A stretch of 64,000 bases of DNA from Nitrospirales bacterium (GTDB lineage: Bacteria > Nitrospirota > Nitrospiria > Nitrospirales > UBA8639), in the NCBI GenBank assembly GCA_965223295.1, contig CBDCWC010000002.1, forward strand, positions 64,001-128,000, read 5' to 3'. Positions 1-8,843 of this stretch are shown piece by piece. The notes under the pieces were generated by a model. It had not been told where the DNA came from. It saw nothing but the letters and a program-made list of their open reading frames with translations, and searched no databases. Position numbers and translations under genes: made by a program. Within the stretch, counting starts at the first letter, position 1. Each line of letters begins with the position of its first letter.

Positions 1-3000
1 TGGTTTTTCAAACATGGTTTCGAGCGAATCTTCTTTGGAGAGGTCCTGATTCTTCGTCCCTTTCTTTCTTCGTTTTCTTGCCGGAGCGTCTAAAATTAAC
101 AAGGGATTCACAAACTGCCAGGCTGGAACCGTCGACAAGAGAGCCGTGAGAAGGACGCCGCTTCGAAGGAGCCAGATAATATACCCGACGGAAAGTCCGG
201 TAGAGGCCGCGAGGCTCGAGACCACATACATTTGTTCCGTTTCGGATATCGTATTGAGAGTGTCACGTGCTTGGTCAAGGCTGTTGAGCAATCCGGAAGA
301 GGGGTTCAGCAAGGCTTGAACCTCATGTTTGAAATCGATAGTTTCAAATGGCAGTTGTAAGAGACTCAAGAGTTCATTGGCGGTGGCCCCCCGGCCTATC
401 CTGCCGTCGAGAGCTTGGAGCGTTTCGGCATCATTCCCTTGAGATGTGTTGAACGAATCTGGGCCCTTCTGGTTGTCTTCGGAGAGGTTTGAGCCATGAC
501 TGGAACCAAATCCCTGGGACTCAGTCACAAAAAACTCTCCACTTCCTGGTAATTCTTCCTGTGTATCTCCTTCGTCAGGCGGCGGTGGAGATTCAGGTGA
601 TGGATCCGGAGGAGGCGGCAGAACAACAAGTGGCAGATCGGTGACTGTGACGGCAATGGTCTGTGTATCGGTTAAGGTCCCATCAGAGGTTTGCACGATC
701 ACGTCATAGACGTTGTTGGCCCCTACGTCCGTTGGAGCTTGTAGGTCTGGAGCCGTGATGAAGGTCAGCGCGCCAGTGGTGGAGTCTATGCTGAATTGGG
801 CGGCATCAGCCCCGCCGATAATGCTATAGGTTAGTGGCGTGCCTTCGGGATCTGTGGCTGAGACATTGGTGACAGCGGTGTTGCCAGCTAAGACAGTGGC
901 GGTGGCGGTGGCACCGCCTCCATTTGACGTAATGCGGGGTGCATCGTTTTGAGGGGTAATGGTGAGATTCACCATTGCGCCGTTCGATACGGTCCCGGCA
1001 AAGTCCTGGATGGTATAGGTAAAACTGTCCGTCAGGGTCTCCGAACCGTTATGGGTATAGACCACGGTTCCATCAGTGTTGATCTGGGTGATTGTGCCGT
1101 TTGTTGGCCCGGAAACGATGGTGATGCTGGTCAAATCGAGGCCGTCGTCGGCATCCGAATCATTGCCCGCCACATTCAATGTGGCAGAGGCCCCTTCGTT
1201 AACGGTGAACGTGTCGGAAACCGCGGTGGGTGAGGTGTTCGTGGCCGTGACAAGAAGTGTGGTGCGGGCCGCGGCACTGTCAGCCGAGCCATCGTTGACG
1301 GTGACATCAATCAGCCGGTTTCCACCGGTGGGTGTGTTGGTGTCTGTGTGTTGATACTGAATGGCTTGGATCAAGGTTTCAGCTTGGGCTTCGGTGAAGA
1401 CGCCGGCGCTTTGTCTGGTAATCGTGAGGGTCGCGGTTCCGGCACCAGTGGCCACGGCGACGTGATAATTGCCTCCTGAGGTATTTTGACTGGCAACTGC
1501 TGTGCCCAAAGCAAATGTATCGCCGTCGAGAATCAATATTTCGGCATTACCATCCTGGATTCCGCTGATAGTAAGCATGACATTAGCGAAGGAGCCGCTA
1601 TCCACATCAGTGACGGTGGCATCGCTGTCAACGATGGCTACAGGCGCTCCACCTTCGGTAAACGTAGTTTGATAGCCGGTTCCGGTCGCACCAGAACTGT
1701 CATCGGCATCCAGGTCGAGCGTGGGCAGATTGTTTACGGAATTAATGGTGACAGTAATGGATCCTGTCGTGTCTAATGCGCCACCGCTGCCTTGGGCGCC
1801 GGTATTTCCGTCGTTAAAGGTGAAATCGATTTGGACGCTGACGGGCGGGTTGCTGCTGGCGTTGGCGTAGGTCAGGCGGTTTAAGAGTTGATCTACCAAG
1901 GTTGAGGTGGCATTTCCGTTAAACGTGATGACCAGCGTCCCGCCACTATTGGTGGTGGCGGTCCCGATGGTGGTGCCGCCTAACACAATGGAGCTGCCTT
2001 CCATGAGCGATCCTGTAACGCCAGCTGCGCTGAAGCGGTCATCCGCATTGGCGCCGCCATTGCGCGCAAGCGTCAATGTGGCGCCGTTATAGTTGTTAGC
2101 CACATCCAATTCAGGATCAGCGATGGTGGCGTTGGAGTCCAGGACTACGGCTATGCTGCCTTCGGTAAAGACAGGGGTGGCATCAAGGCCGCTAAAAGAT
2201 GGGGGTTCATTGACGGGGTTTACGTTGATCGTGGATCGGGCGGTTGTGCTGCTTAATGCTCCATCGCTGACCTGTACGTCTATGAAGCGATTGCCATCGG
2301 TGGGCGTGCTCGTATTGGTATGTTGGTACTGAATGGTTTGGATCAGCGTTTCGGTTTGAGCCAGGGTCCAGGTGCCTCCTCCGGCTTTCGTGATGGTGAC
2401 GTTGGCGGTTCCGGTTCCGGTGGTGATGACGACATGGTAAAGCCCCCCAGAGGTATTCTGCCCCGCCTCAGCCGTGGCTAGAGCAAAGGTACTTCCATCC
2501 AGCTCTAGGATTTCTGCGTTGCCGTCCAGAAGCCCGATGATTGCCAATGTTACGGATGTAAAGGCCGTGCTGTCAGGATCGGATAGCACGGCATCTGTAT
2601 CGGCAATGGATACCAAGCTTCCGCCTTCTGTGAACGTAAGTTGATAATCGATGCCGCTAGCGCCCGAACTGTCATCGGCATCCAGGTCTAATGTCGGGCC
2701 ATTGGATGCCACGTATTCGTAAGAGCCGATATCCACGTTCGCATCGCGGGTGGTGCTGCGTTGGTCAACAGCAGGCGCGCCGATGGAGTTGCCTGCGTTA
2801 ATAGCAGGGCTTCCGGCCAACAACGCATGGGTGAGCGTGGCTCCGCCGTTATTGGCCAACACACTCAACAATGGGTCCACGTTGTTCTGGTCCGAGGGAT
2901 CGCCTAACAAGGCTGTGCCATCACTGTCGATGTTGTTGCCCAGAGAGGTCAGGGCTACATTGGAATTACCTCCAACGTGATTCACCAAAATGGTGTTTTT

Positions 3001-4620
3001 CAGGCTGATTGATCCACTGCCGGCTAGGTTAATGCCATCATTGCCGGCATTCGAGGCAATCGTGGAGTTGGTGAGTGTCGTCGTGCCTCGGTTAAAAATG
3101 GCTCCGCCGTTTCCCACCGCACTGTTGCCGCTGACTGTGGTATTCAGCACTGTGGTGGTTGCTCCGCCCTGTATGGCCAATCCACCGCCCGTGTTGGCGC
3201 TGTTGTTCACAATGGCCACGCGATCCATAATTGCTGTGCCCAAAACGATTACCCCGCCGCCGCTGCCTGTGGTGGTATTGTCCCGCACAATGGCGTCTTG
3301 TAGCGTGAGCGTGTTGCTTGGGCCGACCCAGAGTCCTCCACCTCCCAACAGACCCGTTTCTCCGTTCTGAGCGGTGAGCCTGGAGATGGTAGCAGTGTTA
3401 CTGTGGACGGCGAATATCCGGTCCGGTGTGCTGCCAAGCCCGGAAGCATCAATGATGGTGGTTGTGGCGGAATCGCCAACAATAGTGACATCTTGTAGTA
3501 TGTCTAAGTCGCCGAAAGTGGCATCTGGCGCAAGTTCGTTGCTGGCGCCGATTGAGAGGGTATAGGTTCCAGCACTCAGGACGATTGTGTCTCCGCCTGA
3601 ACCGGCATTGGCTTGCAGAACGGCTTCGCGTAGCGACGTGACGCCATCACCAGCATCGATGACATCGGCAAAGGTCGTCACGTTGATGGTGGCTAGTTTG
3701 CCAATCCACTCTTCTTGCGTGGAGCTATCGATCACGACGTGCGAGTCAATCGTTCCGGTTTGATATTCCAGATCCCAGTTAGCGCCGTACTGCAGGCTGC
3801 CGGTGTTGTCGGTACTGGCGGCCAGGTCGGCGCCGGTAAGTTTGGCCAATAACCTGGCGGCAGCGCTCCCCGCATCGCCTTGTCCAAAGTCACAGCCGTA
3901 GATAAGAAGGTCTGCGTCTTCCGTTAAGGCTTGATGAATCGTGGCTAGTTCATCGGCGTAGGCATCTTGCATGGACATCATGTTGAGCACTCCTGTTCCC
4001 AGTTGCAATTCGCCTTGATTGCCATGAGAAATGACATGAATTGCGTCGATGCCAGACCGGTCTTTCAAGATTTCAGCCATTTGTTCGATGCCGTCTCTGG
4101 TCGGATCTAAAAGAATCACATCGGCATTAGGATCAATGCCTTCCATGAGTGTCTGATAGTCATTGATATTGGTATCGATGAATACAACTTCCTGTCGACT
4201 AGTGGGCGCTGCAACTGTGGATAGCGCTGACTGAAGATTAATGCTGTCCGTGAATGGATTTGAACGAGATTCAGATTCGGGTGGTGTACTGATTTCTTGA
4301 AGGTTGCGATCTTGAGTGATCTGATCCTGAATCACTTCCACCCCGGTGAGAAGGGCCGCCCCGTCAAACATAATTCTTGGCTCCAGAGGCAGCAGTAAAC
4401 CAATGCTTTGAAACGGTTGGTGCTCATTGGAAGGTCGGTAGGGATGTTTCTTTCTGTGTGAGGCACCTTGATTGAATCCTTGCCCCAGAATCGTGTGCGT
4501 GATTTTTGGGAGAAATCGCTGGACCCAATTCTTGCGTAGTGTAGGGGGGACAAGGTGGGATAGACCTGTATCCCTCTTGCTGTGTGTGCGTCTCATCACA
4601 TCCATTAGTTCCAAGAACAT
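1..4620 (-). CDS. Large DUF4347 surface adhesin 1 (LEPR motif, DUF4347, CSLREA/choice-of-anchor-Q beta-helix, Ig/cadherin repeats, C-terminal hydrophobic segment); 3'-partial, stop lies left of the window
   Basis: Absent from the ORF track because there is no stop in the window. Segments translated by hand: ATG at 4620 preceded by GGAGG, then MFLELMDVMRR...LLPLEPRIMFDGAALLTG, TSLREAVLQANAG, and near position 200-1 GYIIWLLRSGVLLTALLSTVPAWQFVNPLLIL...EDSLETMFEKP, all in one frame (>1540 aa). Confidence 0.9.
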   Translation of the reverse strand, partial: MFLELMDVMRRTHSKRDTGLSHLVPPTLRKNWVQRFLPKITHTILGQGFNQGASHRKKHPYRPSNEHQPFQSIGLLLPLEPRIMFDGAALLTGVEVIQDQITQDRNLQEISTPPESESRSNPFTDSINLQSALSTVAAPTSRQEVVFIDTNINDYQTLMEGIDPNADVILLDPTRDGIEQMAEILKDRSGIDAIHVISHGNQGELQLGTGVLNMMSMQDAYADELATIHQALTEDADLLIYGCDFGQGDAGSAAARLLAKLTGADLAASTDNTGSLQYGANWDLEYQTGTIDSHVVIDSSTQEEWIGKLATINVTTFADVIDAGDGVTSLREAVLQANAGSGGDTIVLSAGTYTLSIGASNELAPDATFGDLDILQDVTIVGDSATTTIIDASGLGSTPDRIFAVHSNTATISRLTAQNGETGLLGGGGLWVGPSNTLTLQDAIVRDNTTTGSGGGVIVLGTAIMDRVAIVNNSANTGGGLAIQGGATTTVLNTTVSGNSAVGNGGAIFNRGTTTLTNSTIASNAGNDGINLAGSGSISLKNTILVNHVGGNSNVALTSLGNNIDSDGTALLGDPSDQNNVDPLLSVLANNGGATLTHALLAGSPAINAGNSIGAPAVDQRSTTRDANVDIGSYEYVASNGPTLDLDADDSSGASGIDYQLTFTEGGSLVSIADTDAVLSDPDSTAFTSVTLAIIGLLDGNAEILELDGSTFALATAEAGQNTSGGLYHVVITTGTGTANVTITKAGGGTWTLAQTETLIQTIQYQHTNTSTPTDGNRFIDVQVSDGALSSTTARSTINVNPVNEPPSFSGLDATPVFTEGSIAVVLDSNATIADPELDVANNYNGATLTLARNGGANADDRFSAAGVTGSLMEGSSIVLGGTTIGTATTNSGGTLVITFNGNATSTLVDQLLNRLTYANASSNPPVSVQIDFTFNDGNTGAQGSGGALDTTGSITVTINSVNNLPTLDLDADDSSGATGTGYQTTFTEGGAPVAIVDSDATVTDVDSGSFANVMLTISGIQDGNAEILILDGDTFALGTAVASQNTSGGNYHVAVATGAGTATLTITRQSAGVFTEAQAETLIQAIQYQHTDTNTPTGGNRLIDVTVNDGSADSAAARTTLLVTATNTSPTAVSDTFTVNEGASATLNVAGNDSDADDGLDLTSITIVSGPTNGTITQINTDGTVVYTHNGSETLTDSFTYTIQDFAGTVSNGAMVNLTITPQNDAPRITSNGGGATATATVLAGNTAVTNVSATDPEGTPLTYSIIGGADAAQFSIDSTTGALTFITAPDLQAPTDVGANNVYDVIVQTSDGTLTDTQTIAVTVTDLPLVVLPPPPDPSPESPPPPDEGDTQEELPGSGEFFVTESQGFGSSHGSNLSEDNQKGPDSFNTSQGNDAETLQALDGRIGRGATANELLSLLQLPFETIDFKHEVQALLNPSSGLLNSLDQARDTLNTISETEQMYVVSSLAASTGLSVGYIIWLLRSGVLLTALLSTVPAWQFVNPLLILDAPARKRRKKGTKNQDLSKEDSLETMFEKP

Positions 4621-4904
4621 AGTATTCCTCCATCTCTCTTTTCGGGAACTTGGATGACGATCTGGAAAATCTTTTGAGAGAACTTTTCCGAACACTGCCA
4701 GTTCTGAGAAATTCTTTCTAATTAATGGATATTACAGAAAGAACTGAAGGGACAGAAGAACGAATAAGTGAAAGTATTCAATATCAAGGAAATATGAACC
4801 GAAAGATTGAACTGGAATCTTATACTTAGGAACTGAGGGTTTTGTGGGGAGAGCTGCTTCTCGGCCTTTCTGAATAAAGACGCATAGGATCTGTTGCAAG
4901 ATAA

Positions 4905-6479
4905 ATGATGAAAGACAATTGTAAGGCTTTGGCAATGGCATCAACATCTATTCATCGATGGATGTGTCTAATGGTGAGTAGTTTCATGTGTGTTGTGGGA
5001 GGCTGTGCGATCGTTCCTGAACCTCTCACTTCCGAAGAGTTAGAACAGCGTGTTCAAAATGATCTCCAGAATCTCAGTGGGTATCAGGAGCCTGTTGCTC
5101 GCCCCATAACCTTGTATGATGCTATGGCTCGGGCATTGAAGTTTAATTTGGAAGCCCGTGTCCAAGGGTTGAAGGAAATGGTAGCGCATCGGCAATTGGA
5201 TCTCGCACATTATGATATGTTACCAAAATTGGTTGCGGATGGGGCCTATAACGGACGTTCAAATTTTGCTGGTGCGCGAAGCCGCTCTTTGCTCTCAGGG
5301 CAAACATCTTTAGAGCCGTCTACCTCGTCAGATAAGGATTTGTTTACGGCGAATCTCACCTTAAGCTGGGATGTTTTAGATTTTGGCTTGTCATATGTCC
5401 GAGCGCAACAAGCATCGAATGATGTGTTGATAGCGGAAGAAGATAAACGACGCATTGCCAATCGTGTCATTCAAGAAGTCCGTTCGGCTTTTTGGAAAGC
5501 TGTCGGGGCGGAACGAGCCCTTGGGCGTCTATCCTTTTTAGACGATTGGGTGACGAAAGCCATTCAAGAGACCCGGGTGATTCGAGCCAGGGCCTTGGAG
5601 GCACCGCTGACCTCTCTCCAATATGAACGAGAACTCCTACAGGCTCAACAAGAAATACAGCAGCTGTATCAAGAACTTTCGGTGGCCAGAATTCAACTTG
5701 GGGAACTCATGAATTTGCAGCCTGGAGAGCCGTATGAACTGGTGAAACCTAAGCGGACGCCACCAGTCTCAAAGGTTAGGGACAATCTGGAGAAGTTGGA
5801 ACAACAAGCTTTACTTAATCGTCCTGAGTTGCGCACGGTGGACTATCAGAAACGTATTAATGCCAAAGAAACTAAGGTGGCCATTTTAGAACTGTTGCCA
5901 AGTCTCAATGTCTACCTTGGAGAAAATTATGATAGTAATTCGTTTCTATTTCATGATAATTGGCTGAGTTATGGAGCAAAAATCAGCTGGAATCTTATGA
6001 ATGTTTTCAGACATCCAACTCGGTTGCAAGTCATTGATGCTCAGGACGAAGTGCTGAATGCACAAAGTTTGGCGCTGACGATGACGATCATGACACAAGT
6101 GCATGTGGCCGTTGCCCAGTACGAGGCTGCCTTAAGGGAAGTCAAAATCGCTCAGCGGTATTTCGCGACGCAACTGAAAATAGCCACTCATGTTCAGCGG
6201 GCTTGGTCCTTGAATCGGCTGAGTGAACATCGTGTGATTCGAGAAAAGGTTCAAGGGTTGTTAGCCGAATTGCGGCATGAAATGGCGTTAGCCAAGTTAG
6301 AGATGGCTTATGCCAATCTATTAGCAGCCATAGGCGAAGATCCTTTCCCTGCGAAATTATCTGATGACGATTTGGACGAATTGGCCGATGCGTTGGAGCA
6401 ACGCTGGGAATTGTTAGAGCAGCATGCCATGGTTTCACCTGTGAATATGGAACAACCAGAAGGAGTGTTACAGCCATGA
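4905..6479 (+). CDS. TolC-family outer membrane channel (probable lipoprotein)
   Basis: 524 aa; lipobox-like VVGGC; two OEP-type repeats (LTLSWDVLDFGLSY, ALLNRPEL, ISWNLMN). True start may be a downstream Met. Confidence 0.9.
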   Translation: MMKDNCKALAMASTSIHRWMCLMVSSFMCVVGGCAIVPEPLTSEELEQRVQNDLQNLSGYQEPVARPITLYDAMARALKFNLEARVQGLKEMVAHRQLDLAHYDMLPKLVADGAYNGRSNFAGARSRSLLSGQTSLEPSTSSDKDLFTANLTLSWDVLDFGLSYVRAQQASNDVLIAEEDKRRIANRVIQEVRSAFWKAVGAERALGRLSFLDDWVTKAIQETRVIRARALEAPLTSLQYERELLQAQQEIQQLYQELSVARIQLGELMNLQPGEPYELVKPKRTPPVSKVRDNLEKLEQQALLNRPELRTVDYQKRINAKETKVAILELLPSLNVYLGENYDSNSFLFHDNWLSYGAKISWNLMNVFRHPTRLQVIDAQDEVLNAQSLALTMTIMTQVHVAVAQYEAALREVKIAQRYFATQLKIATHVQRAWSLNRLSEHRVIREKVQGLLAELRHEMALAKLEMAYANLLAAIGEDPFPAKLSDDDLDELADALEQRWELLEQHAMVSPVNMEQPEGVLQP

Positions 6480-7315
6480 AATCAAAAATTTCAATCACCG
6501 TAATATGTGTGGCGGGCCTCATGGTGGGAAGTGGAGACAACAGTCTTGCGAAAAAAGGAAGCCTTCAATCTGCCAATCTGAATGCTGTTCGTGGAATAGT
6601 CAAGCCCACTCAAGAAGCCGTCATTTCTAGTGAATTACAAGCCCGAGTCAAACAAATCCCTTTTCGGGACGGGCAACGGTTTAAAAAAGGAGACCTACTT
6701 ATTGAATTTGACTGTTCGAAATACTTGGCAGAACTAGCGGCGGCCAAAGCTGAATTCGAGGCACGGGAAAAAACGGCTATCAATAATAAGGAGTTAGCCA
6801 AACTCCATGGCATAGCTCAGCTAGAAGTTGATATCTCTCGGGCAGAGGTCAAACAGGCCAAAGCGGCTGTGAGAAGTGCCAATTTGGCCGTCAGACATTG
6901 CCGAATTACGGCCCCATTTTCGGGACGGATAGTGAAAACGCTCGTTCATCCTTATGAAAGTGTGAATCCTTATGATGAAGTGATGAGTGTGTTAAATGAT
7001 CAGAATTTCGAAATTGAATTGATTCTACCGTCCACGTCTCTGCGGTGGGTGGCGAAAACCAGCCCATTTAAATTTTTTATTGATGAAACCCAAGAAGTCT
7101 ATGCTGCTGAAGTCGTCGATATTGGGGCTCGTGTGGATCCCGTGAGTCAAACCATTCGTATCTTTGGTCAGTTTAGGAAGCAACCGAAGCAGGTGTTGGC
7201 GGGCATGAGCGGGAGTGCCAGATTTACCGATCGAAAGCTTATATCTCAAAACAAGAAATCAACCTTCAATCCCAGTACATCGCCGAGTCCTTCAGCCAAA
7301 ACAGCAAAAAAGTAA
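6476..7315 (+). CDS. Periplasmic adaptor / membrane fusion protein (RND/HlyD type)
   Basis: 279 aa; N-terminal signal/anchor, lipoyl half-motifs (GQRFKKGDLL, ITAPFSGRI), VDPVSQT and LAGMSG motifs; ATGA overlap with tolC. Confidence 0.9.
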   Translation: MKSKISITVICVAGLMVGSGDNSLAKKGSLQSANLNAVRGIVKPTQEAVISSELQARVKQIPFRDGQRFKKGDLLIEFDCSKYLAELAAAKAEFEAREKTAINNKELAKLHGIAQLEVDISRAEVKQAKAAVRSANLAVRHCRITAPFSGRIVKTLVHPYESVNPYDEVMSVLNDQNFEIELILPSTSLRWVAKTSPFKFFIDETQEVYAAEVVDIGARVDPVSQTIRIFGQFRKQPKQVLAGMSGSARFTDRKLISQNKKSTFNPSTSPSPSAKTAKK

Positions 7316-7379
7316 GTCGCTTTGACATTATGTACAGGCTTGACCATTTCCAGCGTATAGAGTTGTCGGTCTTCAACGC

Positions 7380-8843
7380 ATGAGCCAGAATTTTCGAGAC
7401 ACATGCCAGTCTTCTGTTGGTGCGGGGGTGATGGAGCCTCCAGCACCCACTCAAGCTTCATCAGCGTCAACAAGTGGGCAATCTTCGGCACCGCCGGACA
7501 AGGGTTCTGACATTGATCCTCAATTGCTGTTGGCCCTTCTGCAATTAGAAAGTCAGGTCCGTGCTGCGCAAACTGTCAAAGAGTTATGTTTTCTCTTAGC
7601 CAATGAAACTCGCCGTCTTATTGGGTTTCGGCAGGCCTGTGTATTTTCCTTTGGCACGAATTTACGCCAGGCTTGCCAAGTTGAGGTGGTGTCGAGTGTG
7701 GCGATTGTGGATCGAAAATCTCCTATGGTGCAGTGGATGGAAGAAGTTGTGTCCGACCTCTGGGGTCGGCAGGCGTTGCAAGCCCCATGTCATTTGAATG
7801 TCGAGCAATGTGCCAAGCATCTTCAAGCCGATTGGAGACGGTTTGCCTTTCCACATGTGTTGTGGTGTCCCATTGTTTGGAATAGCCAACAAGTGATGGG
7901 AGGGGTCTGGCTGGCACGGGAACGTCCCTGGCAAGAAGGTGAAATTCAATTGATTCGGCGATTTGCCGAAACGGCAGCCCATGCCTGGAATGCTTTAGGG
8001 AAAACCAAGACTTCTGTTAAAAATTGGACATTGTCTCAACGTTGGTTATGGGTTGTGTTGGTCCTGATGGTTGGAGTGATGTGTGTGCCGATTCGGCTAT
8101 CAACCTTGGCTCCGGTTGAAGTGGTAGCTCATGAACCAGCCGTGGTGACAGCTCCGCTCGATGGAGTCATTGCTGAAATTTTCGTTGAACCCAATACCGT
8201 GGTGACAGAAGGACAGGCACTGTACCGCTTTGAAGACACGAAATTTCGTAACGACTATGAAGTCGCTGAGAAAAACTTAGCAGTAGGGTTTATGGAATAT
8301 CGAAAAATGACTCAGGGTGCATTTGTCGATGATGAAACAGGTGCAGGGATGCCTGTGCAAGCTTCTGAAGTGCGGTTGAAAGAAACCGAACGGGACTATG
8401 CCTGGGAAATCTTACAGCAAGTGGAGGTGAAAGCCCCAAGGGGAGGCATTGTCCTGTTCAATGATAAATCCGACTGGATCGGGAAGCCTGTGGTAATTGG
8501 AGAACGGATCATGGAAGTGGCAAATCCGAAAGAATATGAATTAAAAATTGATCTACCTGTGGAAGATGCGATTGTCTTGCGGGAGGGGGCCGAGGTTGAG
8601 GTTTTTTTAAATGCAGATCCCTTGGGAGCGATTCCTGCCAGTTTGTCCCATGCCAGTTACCATGCCGAAGTGTTGCCCGATAATGTGTTGGCCTATCGAG
8701 TGAAAGCCAAGGTTACTGAGCCACCAGAATCCATTCGGATCGGGTGGCAAGGTACGGCTAAGATTTATGGTGAACGTGTATCGCTCTTTTTCTATTTGTT
8801 CCGACGACCGCTGTCCGTCTTTCGCCAAACCGTAGGCTGGTAA
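7380..8843 (+). CDS. GAF-like domain + TM + HlyD-family adaptor
   Basis: 487 aa; N-terminal GAF-like region (HVLWCPI...GGVWLARERPW), one TM helix, lipoyl motifs VTAPLDGVI and VKAPRGGI, C-terminal RIGWQGTAKI...YLFRRP. Confidence 0.85.
   Translation: MSQNFRDTCQSSVGAGVMEPPAPTQASSASTSGQSSAPPDKGSDIDPQLLLALLQLESQVRAAQTVKELCFLLANETRRLIGFRQACVFSFGTNLRQACQVEVVSSVAIVDRKSPMVQWMEEVVSDLWGRQALQAPCHLNVEQCAKHLQADWRRFAFPHVLWCPIVWNSQQVMGGVWLARERPWQEGEIQLIRRFAETAAHAWNALGKTKTSVKNWTLSQRWLWVVLVLMVGVMCVPIRLSTLAPVEVVAHEPAVVTAPLDGVIAEIFVEPNTVVTEGQALYRFEDTKFRNDYEVAEKNLAVGFMEYRKMTQGAFVDDETGAGMPVQASEVRLKETERDYAWEILQQVEVKAPRGGIVLFNDKSDWIGKPVVIGERIMEVANPKEYELKIDLPVEDAIVLREGAEVEVFLNADPLGAIPASLSHASYHAEVLPDNVLAYRVKAKVTEPPESIRIGWQGTAKIYGERVSLFFYLFRRPLSVFRQTVGW

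Noticed and set aside
949-3565. Short plus-strand ORFs
   Set aside because: Antisense to adhesin 1, which occupies the minus strand through this region.
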